NCBI RefSeq assembly: GCF_001194135.2
Contig: NC_068984.1
Coordinates: forward strand, 7,245,344 to 7,309,343
DNA: 64,000 nucleotides
Reading direction: 5' to 3'
From: Octopus bimaculoides
Lineage: Eukaryota
Position numbers and translations under genes: made by a program
Notes under the pieces: model-generated
Database searches by the model: none
The model's input: only the letters and a program-made list of their open reading frames with translations
Told to the model about the DNA's origin: nothing
In this document: piece by piece, positions 1-12,558 of the stretch
Numbering within the stretch: position 1 is the first letter of the stretch
Layout of the letters: each line of letters starts with the position of its first letter

Positions 1-578
1 ATTTCATTTTTAGTCCTTATACGTTTTTTTCCTCCTGTTATTTATTTATTTCTCTGTTCTGTGGTTTTAGAAATTATAGAAGATAGTTTCTCTTTTTTTT
101 TCTTTTTTTCGTTAACTAAAATAAATTTGCATGAATCCGTTATGTTTTGCTGTATTTTAACTAAAGACAATGAGTGATAAAGATATCCGAAAACTGTGTT
201 GATTGGTTGTGCTGTTCGAATCAAAATGAGTTATTGATCTCTCTTCTTTTTCTTTCGAAATTTCCCTTCATATTTAAAAAAAAAAGCAAAACTAGAATAT
301 TTTTCAGAGCTTAACCAACTGCACATAAAATAAACACCAACTCAAAAAAATTTAATAAATTATCATTTGAATGTTTCAGTCATAAAAACGTACAGGAACT
401 AAATCTAAGTAGATTGAGAAGAGTTTTCTGAAAGAATGAAATAAAACAAAACAACAAGGTTTATACCAGTGATTCTCAATCTTTTTAGTATTTAGGCCAG
501 ATCCAAAATCTGGATTTTTTTAGGGGGCAGCACCAAAAAGGTAAAGCACAAGTCAGTTAAAGAAAACTTTTGCATACA

Positions 579-987
579 GGTGCAGGAGTGGCTGTGTGGT
601 AAGTAGCTTGCATACCAACCACATGGTTTTGGGTTCAGTCCCACTGCGTGGCACCTTGGGCAAGTGTCTTCTATTATAGCCTCGGGTCGACCAAAGCCTT
701 GTGAGTGGATTTGGTTGACGGAAACTGAAAGAAGCCCGTCGTATATATGTATATGTGTGTATATGTTCGTGTGTCTGTGTTTGTCCCCCCAACATCGCTT
801 GACAACCGATGCTGGTGTGTTTACGCTCTCGTAACTTAGTGGTTCGGCAAAAGAGGTCGATAGAATAAGTACTAGGTTTACAAAGAATAAGTCCTGGGGT
901 CGATTTGCTCGACTAAAGGCGGTGTTCCAGCATGGCCGCAGTGAAATGACTGAAACAAGTAAAAGAGTCAAAGAGAGAGTAAAGAGA
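579..987 (+). mobile_element. tRNA-derived SINE, family A, full length
   Basis: tRNA-like head with A-box-like TGGCTGTGTGG and B-box-like GGTTCAGTCC, an internal (TA/TG) microsatellite linker, a 3' module ending GGCGGTGTTCCAGCATGGCCGC and an (AAAGAG)-type tail. Several homologous copies occur in the window. Confidence 0.85.
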
Positions 988-1171
988 GGTTGGATAAAAT
1001 AATGGAAACAGCGTCATAGCATCATAATTCTGAAATATCTATAAAACCGTCAAAAGCTTGTTCATTTTTATGTTTTTTGATTTATCATTAGTGTTGCTTA
1101 ATATGTTTTGCTAAAATTTCTGTTTCTTTTCAGATATCATCAAAAAAAAAAGGAAATTAAAATTCACTAAA

Positions 1172-2030
1172 ATGACAGATCTATCTGCCTTTCAAAGAGG
1201 TCAAATTGTTGGTGCTCGAATGCCAGGCGCTAGCGTAATGAATACAGCAGAAATGTTTGGTGTATCAAGAAGTACTGTCTCGAAAGTAATGACAGCCTTT
1301 GGGAAAAGGGGAAAAAACCTCTTCGTCAAAACAAAACACCGGAAGAAAACCAAAACTTTCAGATAGGGACCGTCGGACTCTTACGCGAATTCTTAGAAAG
1401 GATCACAAAAGTACAGCTCTCAAAATTACTGCAGAGCTTAATGACCACCTTGAGAACCTAGTTTCCACAAAAGCTGTTCGCCGGAAGCTGCACAAAGCCG
1501 GATTTTAAGGGAGGGCTGAAATCAGAAAACCACTACTTTCAAAGACAAACGTTGCAAATCGCCTAGAATGGAATAAAAACCTACAGAATTGGTTCTTAGA
1601 GCAGTGGAAGAATGTTATTTTCTAGGACGAATCATCCATTACCTTATTTCCGACCACCGGCCGAGTATACGTGTGGAGACAGTCCAAAGAACCATTTGAC
1701 CAAGGCTGCTTTCTTCCAACTGTTAAGCATGGAGGAGGATAATGCACCAATTCATACTGCTAAAGTTGTTACTGGATGGCATGAGGAACATTCTAGTGAA
1801 GTTGAACATCTTATCTGACCACCACAGTCCCCAGATCTCAATATTATTGAACATTTATGGTGCATTTTAGAAAAACAGGTAAGGAGTCGATACCTTCTAC
1901 CATCATCACTACAAGAACTGGAGACTGTTTTAGCTGAAGAATGGACAAAAATTCTTTTGGAAAAAATTCAAACTTTGTACGAGTCCATACCTCGTAGAAT
2001 TCAAGCCAAAGGCGGTCCTACCCCATATTA
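1172..2030 (+). pseudogene. Tc1-family DDE transposase pseudogene
   Basis: Paired-like HTH (MTDLSAFQRGQIVGAR...AEMFGVSRSTVSKV), then GRKPKLSDRDRR, VIF*DES (first D), PTVKHGGG joined directly to DNAPIH (second D, so the segment between is deleted), *PPQSPDLNIIEHLW (E) and KGGPTPY-stop. It has a frameshift near 1300-1320 and several in-frame stops. Confidence 0.92.
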
Positions 2031-2686
2031 AAATATATTTGTCTGAAATTTTAAGGTGTTTCCATTATTTTGTCCAACACCTGTACTTATGGAGGAAAGA
2101 CTATCGCGGGTTGCCGGAAGGTTGCTTGAGGGCCACATGCAGCCCTGGAACTGCGGTTGACAACCGCAGTTTTATACACACGAACATCAAATCAGAAACA
2201 GATGTAGAAAATCGGAAGAATTTAGATACGTTATTAAAAACTTGTAAAGACTACGAACTGACTGCAGTATGCATGAGCCAAAACAGGACGTTGGAGTGTA
2301 TGATACAATGTAAATATGGAAAAGATTGGGACCACAAGGCATCAATGAGAATCACGCTATTTTATAAAACGTTTAGAAGAAAAGATAGCATATCAAGAGA
2401 TTAATTCGTGATGCTTAAATACATGTGCCTCCATCGGAACTTCTGTTCTTTATGTCCGAAGCTGTCTGTGTCCATTTGCTGCTAAACTGAAATTCTAAAC
2501 TGAAATAGCTTAATTCTTGGTCAAATTATGTGCTGTATATCTCACCAGAAAAAAAGTGGTATTCGAAATCAGGATTAGCAGTCGTCTGAGGGCCTATTGT
2601 AGAAAGACTCAGAAACCTGTTGCAAACATATGTATGCAATATGTAAAAGGGTTCGAAATCGAATGAATAACCACCTTATAATAAAT

Positions 2687-2729
<43 letters not shown>

Positions 2730-3517
2730 GCTAATATCGAATAGTAAGAATGAGTGCTCAACAACGCATTGGTGGATACATATTCTTCATTTGTGAGTTA
2801 ACAAGGTTGTTGATGGTTATCCTGTTTCCTTATCGACAAAACACCGATAAGGATGAAAAATGAGAAAAAGAAAGTCACCCAAGTAAATCTTTTCTAGGTC
2901 TGAATAAACTGTTATGGAATAGATTAAGAAGATAAGCGTTTTACCTTTTCTAAAATGGCGCTGTATGATTCAAGAGAGTCCAGAGATTGTTCGTCAGAAT
3001 AATCATAGCCATGCATGGCGAGATTTTTCTTCTTCCTTTCATTTTTGAATACGGCTCGTACCTATGACACAGAAATAAAACAAAAATAGCGATTAGATGT
3101 TATCAATATGGCGTTAATAAAGGAAAATATAACGATAAAATATATTGTAGACGTTTACTGAGTAAGACTTAAAGGTTTTCTTTTCATTTTCCCTGATAAC
3201 GAAACTGCCAGTAGAATTGAATCTGAGACCCTAGAATTATTATGGGTATGAGATATTTCATGATTTTATAAACAGTTTGGGTTCCAAGAGCTTTTTAAAG
3301 TCTATAGATTTGGTTGTGCGTTTGTATTAACGGTTATCTCACTGACCAAAAACCTATTCAGCTAACAGATTATCGCACTGGATCATGGAATAAAGATATA
3401 TTGTATACTGTATTGTAGTTCGCACACTGTGAATTACATCCACACACCTACATGCATACACATACAGATATACACAGGCATGTATATATATGATACGTAG
3501 GTGCTTGCGAGCATTCG

Positions 3518-3548
<31 letters not shown>

Positions 3549-3710
3549 ATATATATATATATATATATATATANNNNNNNNNNNNNNNNNNNNNNNNNNN
3601 NNNNNNNNNNNNNNNNNNNNNNNNNNNNNNNNNNNNNNNNNNNNNNNNNNNNNNNNNNNNNNNNNNNNNNNNNNNNNNNNNNNNNNNNNNNNNNNNNNNN
3701 NNNNNNNNNN

Positions 3711-3752
<42 letters not shown>

Positions 3753-5082
3753 AGAGAAAGACGGAAAGGGAGACAGACAGAGAGACAAATACAGTACGAT
3801 ATTAAATAAGAATAAAAGACCTTATCCTAATCTTAGTTTCTTTGAGAATGGTGACTGCGTCATTGGCTCTATTTGTATATTGAGTCTGTCAGCGTAATTC
3901 CATGTGACTCATCAAAAAGTCTTCCCTGTTATATTCGTTTTTTTTTTAATCTAGATCTTATCATTTAACCACAATGTTTTGAAAACGAGTTAAGTATTAG
4001 ATACCAAAGTCTGCTGGAGCTTGATTAACATTTATATATTATATTATATTATATTATATTATATTATATTATACAGAAGAGAAATGCTGTCATTCATTTT
4101 AGCATGTCGTAATTGTAAATTTGATTCTATTAACTTTACTAATTTCAGTAAAGAAAATTCTCGTGTCGCATTTACCTGCTTCTTGAGTTTTATAAACATA
4201 AACGGTTATAATCAAGAAACGAACACCGATCTCAGTTTCCATTCGTATTTAGAACACAACTTGACATTGTCATTAGAAATCTAGTTAGAATACAATCAAG
4301 TATAACGATTAAAAGAAATGATAAAAGTTCATTTTAATCCTGTCGATTATTAAATCGTCAATACGCTTAAGGGATTAAATATTATTTCATTTTCCATTTC
4401 CATTTAATTTAATGTTTTTTAAACAAAGAAACTCTTCGTTATATTTCGTTTTGGGATTTGGTTTGCAAGATTCTTTATGTGAGTTCGTGTGTTGAAGCAT
4501 ATTCTGTTGTGTCTGGGGAGAGTCATTCTCTTTTAGTACCTTATATTTCAACACACTCACCGGTAAAATTTCCACTCATTTCTTTCTTTATTTTTCTAAA
4601 CTTTTTCGTTACGTCTTGCAACCTTTTCAATAGTTTTGACTCACGTTATAGTTTTACCCCAAAATATTTCCGAAATTAGTAACCAATTTCCTAATTACCG
4701 ATAACAAGTGATTCGACAAACGTTTTCCTAAATCAAATATTTTTGGTTAGTGTCTTATCTACCAATGCTTTGGATTATTTGTGTTGTCACGCAAATCCTT
4801 GATTAAAGGAGTTGCATTCGCAAGCATTCCATTTCCTAGGGTAGCACTTCTAAACTTTTTCTTATCACGTCTGTCTTTCATTAATATTTTTTAACGCCCT
4901 TGCGACGATGCAATGCTCAACAGAGCATTGTAACTTAGATCCGGGTACTTGCTTGAAACTTCACCCCATGTTCTTCATCACGTGGCTTCATTCAAAGTTA
5001 ACCAAGTATTCTTTGTGCTTCGTATATATCTCATATAGCAACCAAGGAACTCTAAATGTTCACAGACATTAATATCTCACAC

Positions 5083-5127
<45 letters not shown>

Positions 5128-5245
5128 CATACTTATATGCATAATACACACAAGCACACACACATAAACACACAGAGGCATACAGACAGACAGACATACA
5201 TGCAGACAGACAGACACACAGAAAGACAGACAGACAGACAGACAG

Positions 5246-5322
<77 letters not shown>

Positions 5323-5708
5323 AGCATTTTTTGATTTAAAGTTTAAAGAGGCAAAACAGCCTGAAATATTCGGTGGCGTTAAGCACATAAAAATGTAAAA
5401 AAAAACAAAAAACATACAAAATCAAGCGAAGATGAGAATTTTCTAAATGAAAAAAAATATATATACATATTCCACCCAACAAACTCTGTCTCTCTAAACT
5501 ATGCTGTTTTGTTTTTATCTGAATATTGTTTACAGATCTTTCACGCATATATAGTTCAAATGAAGCTTTTGTATGTCACGCTTGACTCAGCTCAGCTCAG
5601 ACAATAAAAAAAAATGGCTGCTCTAAACATGAACATTAGACAACGCCTGAGTTAATAACGTCTTAGAAACCTTAATATTATTATTTCATTTTGTGAAAAA
5701 CACAATTG

Positions 5709-5902
5709 GGACACAGGCATGGCTGCGAGATTAGGCGCAACTGCGACTGTACGATTAAAATATTTGCCTTGCAACCTCATGGTTCCGTGTTGAGTGCTAC
5801 TGTACGGCATTTTAGGCAAATATCTTCCACGGTAACCCTCAGTTCGACCGAATATATTCTGAGTGAATCTGGTAGACGGACATTTGGTGGAAGAGGCCCG
5901 TG
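5709..5902 (+). mobile_element. SINE family A head, old diverged copy
   Basis: Similar to 579-740 (caggcatggctg...catggttcc...gtgaatctggtagacgga...gaagaggcccgt). Confidence 0.65.
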
Positions 5903-5928
5903 GCATCTCAAATTTGGAGAAATCTTGT

Positions 5929-6428
5929 ATTCTTTTATTCTTTTACTTGTTTCAGTCATTTGACTGCGGCCATGCTGGAGCACCGCCTTCAGTCGAACAA
6001 ATCGACCCCAGAACTTATCCTTTCTAAGCCTAGTACTTATTTTATCGGCCTATTTCGCCGAACCGCTAAGTTACGGAGCGTAAACACACCAACATCAGTT
6101 GTCAAGCGATGGTGGGGGGACAAACACAGGCACACAAATACATACATATNNNNNNNNNNNNNNNNNNNNNNNNNNNNNNNNNNNNNNNNNNNNNNNNNNN
6201 NNNNNNNNNNNNNNNNNNNNNNNNNNNNNNNNNNNNNNNNNNNNNNNNNNNNNNNNNNNNNNNNNNNNNNNNNNNNNNNNNNNNNNNNNNNNNNNNNNNN
6301 NNNNNNNNNNNNNNNNNNNNNNNNNNNNNNNNNNNNNNNNNNNNATATATATATATATATATATACGACTCAACCCAGGGCCATGTGGATGGGAAGCAAG
6401 CCTCTTACCACACAGCCATTCCTTCGCC
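5929..6428 (-). mobile_element. SINE family A with internal deletion and an N-gap in its microsatellite linker
   Basis: Reverse complement of the 3' module at 5929-6140 and of the head at 6365-6428. About 100 bp of head sequence is missing at a 'gac' junction. Confidence 0.85.
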
Positions 6429-6774
6429 TATTGAGAGTATCTTCCTTTTACAAGTGTAGCTGGTCTTTATTGCTATTTTGCAATTATGAGCCATCCTCTA
6501 CAGGCGCATATGATTTGAAAAAGACAATAACTTATGTTGTATAATATTTGATAAATATATATATTTGTACACACACATATATCCAGATTTAGAGAATAAA
6601 ATAGTTAAAATCTAAGCTACGTATGTTTCCTAGTTAGCAGAACATCGGAAGTATTAATTGCTCAAAGTGAGGTACTTCACTAACTGCTCATCAGGCCAAA
6701 GATACTTGAGTCTCATTAAGGTTGCATTGTCGTCAAGGGATGCAATGTGAACTAGCAGAAGATTCGATCAAAAA

Positions 6775-6995
6775 TGTGTGTGTATGGATGGGGGTGTACA
6801 TATGTCTATGCGTTTGTGTTTCTCCTTCCACCACCGCTTGGCAACCGATGTTGTTTTGTTTATGTCCCCGGTAGACTAAGTACCAAGGTTTTAAAATATG
6901 TACTGGAATCGATTTGTTCGCCTACAGCACTTCAAGACGATGCCCCAGGATGGCCCACTGTCCAGTAATTGAAAAAAGGTAAACGATAAAAGATA
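6775..6995 (+). mobile_element. SINE family A 3' module, old diverged copy
   Basis: ccaccgcttggcaaccgatg...gatttgttcgcc...gccccaggatggcc...aaaggtaaacgataaaagata parallels 775-987. Confidence 0.65.
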
Positions 6996-8544
6996 TAATT
7001 ATATATTATATGCAATTCGCTAGGCGAGAATTAGCGAGAGTTAGACGAGATGGCGTCTGCTTATCCAAATCTTCTGGTACCATTTGCTAAACTGTTAAGT
7101 CAGATGTCTTTTCACGTCTGACTCTGTGTGTGTGTGTGTGTGTGTGCGCGCGTGCACTTGCATGCGCGCTTTGCACGTGGCAATGTGGTCTTGCTTTTTT
7201 TTTGTTTTGTTATTTTTTTAACTACATGTTTTGGCTGATTATTATATTTTTTATTATAATTGAAGAAATCAACATCTTCATCATCATCATCATTTTTATC
7301 ATTTTCCTTTCTGGTCTATTCATGCACGTGTATGTGTGTGTGTGTGTGTGCATGTCTGTCTGTGTGCGTATCTCTATGTGTGTGTGCATGTACGCGCGTG
7401 TATCATCTATGTGTGTGCGCACATGCGTGAGTCCACTGGCTTCGCATGTTGTGAATGTACGCGCATAAGTGAATGAACAAGCAGAGGAGGTCGGTGGCGA
7501 TGCTGGTGGGGGTGGCGATAAAGGTGGTGGCAGAGGGTGACGGCGGCGGCGGTGGTGGTGGTGGTGGCGGTGGTGGTGGGGAAGTGATGTTTTGATATTT
7601 AATATTTAATAAATGAAGGCAATTTTTTTATATTAAAATATTCTGCGATGTTTGTTTTATGAATTTTGTATTTAATTTTTTATTATTTTGTGCTTCATTT
7701 AGCAGAAAATGTTAACAACATGAGAGGGAAAAGAACAAGAAAGAAAGAAAGAAAGAAACAATGTTAGTGTTTTCCAGACGTCTCTAAAATAGTCATTTAG
7801 AAATTAGACAGAAAGAGAGGGATAGAGTGGGGAGAGATACCACGCAGTTGTACTCAAGGGAAGAAGACGAGAAAGAGAGAGCGGGGAAAGAGAGAGAGAG
7901 AGTCAAATAGAAATAGACAGAGAGAGAGAGAGAGACAGAGAGGAACACACAGATAGAGACATACAGAGACAAACAGACAGGCGAACAGACAAATACCACA
8001 GAGTTGTACTCAAGGAAAGACGAGAGAGCATTTTAAAGCGGCGTCTGATGGATTCAATAGAATAAGAGAGAGAAAGAGAAAGAGAGAGAGAAAGAAAGAG
8101 AGAGAGAAAGAAAGAGAGAGAGAGAGAGAGAGTAAATCTCAGCCAACTTTGGCTATTTTCGCCGTCAGTGTGACCTTTCATTAAGTTAAGTGATTTAAAT
8201 ATTTTGATGTCTTTGGACTCAACCCACCGCCAATTATGGTAATGATGTGGGAGCTAGAGCTAATTAACACGGCACCAGAGTGTCGATGGTGAAGAGACAT
8301 GTCTAGTCCGGTTGGATTTGAATCCATAAAACAAACCAGGTTTCTTTACGTGTTTATTCTTCATTCTACCCCCTTTACCAATTGGCCACCCTTATATCTA
8401 CCCTTTGATAATAAGGGGGAAGGTAGTATGGTCTTTCATACAGCACACTTTGTTACGTACCATTAAAAAGTTTCCTTACTTTTTTCTAAGCATCTCGTCC
8501 TCTGGTGCCCCTTAACACATCGACAATGATGTATCCGGGTGGGG

Positions 8545-8793
8545 TCTTTATCGTTTAACTTTCATCTGTTACAATCATTAGGCTCGGCCATGCCGGAGCA
8601 CCTCATTGAAGGATCTTAGTCGAACGAATGGAGCCCAGTACATTTTCTTTTTCTTTAGAGTTTGGTACCTCTTCTATCAGTCTCTCTTTTATCGAACAGC
8701 TAAGCTGCAGGGATTTAAACACACCAACACCGGTTGTCGAGCGGTGATGGGGGACAAACACAGACAAAAGGCACACACGAACACACACAAACA

Positions 8794-8835
<42 letters not shown>

Positions 8836-9228
8836 TACACATAACATATACGACGGGTTTCTTTCAGTTTCCATTTACCAGTTGTTGACTGAGATGTACC
8901 CAGGTATTGTCAACTTATCTGATATTCCTTGAAGAAGTTTGTCCAGGTTTCGTTTAAAGGTGATGGGATCTTTTTCTACTTTGATTTCATGTAGGATATT
9001 GTAAATAGAACAGGGCCTGTTTCAAAAAGAAATTGTCTTGCAGTGAATTTGTGTTGTGATCCTGTAGAGGGCGAATGACATGAGGCTCCAGTCTTGGATA
9101 AATTCTGAATCGGATGTTAAGGTTGTCTTCGTGCTATAGAAGAAGGCGGTTGCCCAAGGCGCTATGTAGTGGGATTGAACCCGGAACCATGTTACTGGGA
9201 AAAAAACTTCTTTCCACGTAGCCACGCT
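8545..9228 (-). mobile_element. SINE family A interrupted by a 250-bp LINE segment
   Basis: Minus-strand 3' module and linker at 8545-8880 and head at 9131-9228. About 30 bp of SINE sequence seen in the 579-987 copy is replaced by 8881-9130. Confidence 0.8.
8881..9130 (-). mobile_element. CR1/L2-like LINE segment, inverted near-duplicate of 10120-10373
   Basis: Aligns by eye at about 90% identity to the reverse complement of 10120-10373 and lacks the LINE 3' UTR and tail. Confidence 0.88.
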
Positions 9229-9304
9229 TTATCATTTCTAAATAATAATTAGTTGGATCGGAATTTTTAAGTTTGATACCAAAAAGTAAATGTTTAAGTG
9301 AAGG

Positions 9305-9336
<32 letters not shown>

Positions 9337-9868
9337 TGTTATTATTATTAGTATGTTCTGACCAACTTATATGTGTCGTCTGTGCTGTAATTCGTTCAGC
9401 ATCACCAGAGTCTCGTATCAAATCACTTGCCGGACGGGTACATCTCTTCAACTCAGGAAGAGCATTGTTGTTATCGAGTAGATCTATGATTAAAAGTATT
9501 CCACCCATGACCAACATCATTAATTTTATAAGGCATAATATATCCCTGACAATATCAAACGCGTCTTTTATTTGCATGGCGAGTCGAGGAAGATTTTATT
9601 GCTATTTCTAGCAAATCGAGCGACCACGTGAACAATTCCTTATACATCTCATTTTCTTGCTGCTAATCAATAGATGCTAATGTGTGATTAAACACTACTC
9701 ACACTTAATTCACAGTTAACTATATTACTGTGGTTAATTACTTTGGTTTAAAATGCGGTTTTGCTGAAATCGTGTCTTCTCTAAAAAACTGTATTGTTGT
9801 CGATGTATTACTAACAATGTTCTTATCAATTGCCATGAATAATTACATAGCCTATAGCAATTTTTATC

Positions 9869-9935
<67 letters not shown>

Positions 9936-10019
9936 GTTATTATTATTTTGCTGATAGCGAATATTACGCTGCTTGTCAGTTTTGCTAATTATCTTGTCAC
10001 CAAAATAATTAGGCCCGAA

Positions 10020-10462
10020 AAGCCAAACCGCCTTAAGATGTTGAAAGTTTATTCTCTCCAACGCCGCTGTGAGCGCTACATCATTTGTACAATGTGGAGA
10101 ATATAGAACCAGCATTGCCCAAACGACCTTAAAATCCGATTCAGAATTTATCCAAGACTGGGGCCACATGCCATTCGCCTCCTGCACAATCAGGATCACA
10201 GCACATAAATTCACTGCAACACAATTTCTTTTTGAAACAGGCCCTGCTCTATTTACAATATCCTACACGAAATCAAAGAAAAAGATCCCATCACCTTTAA
10301 ACGAAACATGGACAAACTTCTTCAAGGAATATCAGATAAGCTGGCAATACCTGGGTACATCTCAGTCAACAACAACTCCCTGCTTGAACGGGCCGACGCC
10401 TGTCAGGTGACGTTATTTAGTTAGACATGGTCTGGGTCAATCTTTGGCCGAAACGTATTTAA
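10020..10462 (+). mobile_element. CR1/L2-clade LINE 3' end, 5'-truncated
   Basis: Translates with stops and frameshifts as RLKMLKVYSLQRRCERYII...TGPALF...EIKEKDPITFKRNMDKLLQGISDKLAIPGYISVNNNSLLERA, typical of a CR1/L2 ORF2 C-terminus. The 3' UTR ends taagttatctaagttaac. Confidence 0.82.
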
Positions 10463-10728
10463 GTTATCTAAGTTAACTTCCAGAGCTGTGAACTAGATTC
10501 GATATTTTCCAATGCATAGTTCAGTATATAAATGTTAGTCTTATCACCAACAGAGGTGAGATAAAGTAACTGCTATCAAAATATTCTAACCTATGTCTAG
10601 TCAGAATTACACTGCAACGATAAACTTTTGTCACTAACTGAAATATATTTCCAAAGGAAACGGTTTGTTTAACATTGGAACTAGCCTTTTCTCAAACCTG
10701 AAAACAAATTCGAGGCGTAGTAATTTTT

Positions 10729-10761
<33 letters not shown>

Positions 10762-11767
10762 TTTTCGTTGTACACCATTACTAAAGAAAAGAAAGAAAAG
10801 ATAACGAATCCACACGACTGGGAAATATTTATGGCACTGGGAAAAGTACTTTAACTGCTATTTCTAAAGTCGGTGCGTAGTGAAGCAATCAACTTACCTC
10901 TGATTATAATTATGCTTATAATTGTAGAANNNNNNNNNNNNNNNNNNNNNNNNNNNNNNNNNNNNNNNNNNNNNNNNNNNNNNNNNNNNNNNNNNNNNNN
11001 NNNNNNNNNNNNNNNNNNNNNNNNNNNNNNNNNNNNNNNNNNNNNNNNNNNNNNNNNNNNNNNNNNNNNNNNNNNNNNNNNNNNNNNNNNNNNNNNNNNN
11101 NNNNNNNNNNNNNNNNNNNNNNNNNNNNNNNNNNNNNNNNNNNNNNNNNNNNNNNNNNNNNNNNNNNNNNNNNNNNNNNNNNNNNNNNNNNNNNNNNNNN
11201 NNNNNNNNNNNNNNNNNNNNNNNNNNNNNNNNNNNNNNNNNNNNNNNNNNNNNNNNNNNNNNNNNNNNNNNNNNNNNNNNNNNNNNNNNNNNNNNNNNNN
11301 NNNNNNNNNNNNNNNNNNNNNNNNNNNNNNNNNNNNNNNNNNNNNNNNNNNNNNNNNNNNNNNNNNNNNNNNNNNNNNNNNNNNNNNNNNNNNNNNNNNN
11401 NNNNNNNNNNNNNNNNNNNNNNNNNNNNNNNNNNNNNNNNNNNNNNNNNNNNNNNNNNNNNNNNNNNNNNNNNNNNNNNNNNNNNNNNNNNNNNNNNNNN
11501 NNNNNNNNNNNNNNNNNNNNNNNNNNNNNNNNNNNNNNNNNNNNNNNNNNNNNNNNNNNNNNNNNNNNNNNNNNNNNNNNNNNNNNNNNNNNNNNNNNNN
11601 NNNNNNNNNNNNNNNNNNNNNNNNNNNNNNNNNNNNNNNNNNNNNNNNNNNNNNNNNNNNNNNNNNNNNNNNNNNNNNNNNNNNNNNNNNNNNNNNNNNN
11701 TGCTCAAAATAATTGAGCACTCAATATAAGTTCAGTTATATATTCTTTTAGAATATTACTTATAAAA

Positions 11768-11844
<77 letters not shown>

Positions 11845-12513
11845 CAAACGCGCTGATACTCTCAGACGAAAGAAAAATAGTGTAAACGTATTATCATATT
11901 ATAATATTTATACACACACACACACACACATGCACACACGCATATATATATATATATATATACTAAATATGAGGATATGAATATATATGTACATGTGAAT
12001 GCACGAGTATGCATATATATACGTATACTCTTATATACATGTATGTATATATCTCAGGATCTTTTGTATGCGATGCTGTGCTGACTGGTCAACACGTCGA
12101 CAGATGGCTCTACTCATCCCTCATCCCATCCGCTTTGTTCAACAACCGTCTCCGGTAATCACCAGACAGATCTATTCTTCAGCAGACCCTGCTCTCTTCG
12201 TTCACTTAATGTCCATCACTACGGAGACCAGTTACTAAATATTTTGACTTCCCTTTTAGCATTGACCCCGTCCCAGTACAGAAGCACCAACCACTAACCT
12301 CTTCCACTTTACTGGCTGTGTTGCCTATTATAAATTTCATTTATTCAACGTCTAACAGCAGCCAGAGCCTCGACTTTAAAGTTAGCAGTCCCGAGTCCTG
12401 AAGTCAGACGTTTTCAGTGGAGCGAGACTAAGACACTGAGTTACAACATATGTAAGCGAACTGAAGCAGGCGGGAGTCAACGAACGTTATCTACACCGCG
12501 AGTTGGGGACACG

Positions 12514-12558
<45 letters not shown>

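Larger units (their letters stand above)
577..2083 (+). mobile_element. Tc1/mariner DNA transposon, defective
   Basis: TA at 575-576 and 2084-2085. The right TIR reads CAGGTGTTGGACAAAATAATGGAAACA on the minus strand. The left TIR is CAGGTG (577-582) plus TTGGATAAAATAATGGAAACA (990-1010), split by a SINE. It encloses a Tc1 transposase remnant. Confidence 0.92.
467..2169. mobile_element. Non-autonomous hAT (Charlie/Buster-like) MITE of about 195 bp, split by a nested Tc1 insertion
   Basis: Left end CAGTGATTCTCAATC at 467. The right end at 2155-2169 reads CTGCGGTTGTCAACC on the minus strand. Both resemble the hAT terminus CAGCGGTTCTCAA. The 8-bp flanks gtttatac (459-466) and ttttatac (2170-2177) match 7/8 with central TA. 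A GGGCCACATGCAGCCC subterminal motif precedes the right end. Confidence 0.75.

Noticed and set aside
2039-2404. 121-aa ORF downstream of the transposase
   Set aside because: It is a chimera of Tc1 TIR, hAT end and flank. Rejoining the pre-insertion site gives a stop a few codons upstream, and no homology was recognised.
9134-9577. 147-aa minus-strand ORF
   Set aside because: It runs through an (AAT)n repeat and a SINE head. The unique part has no recognisable motif or clear splice sites.
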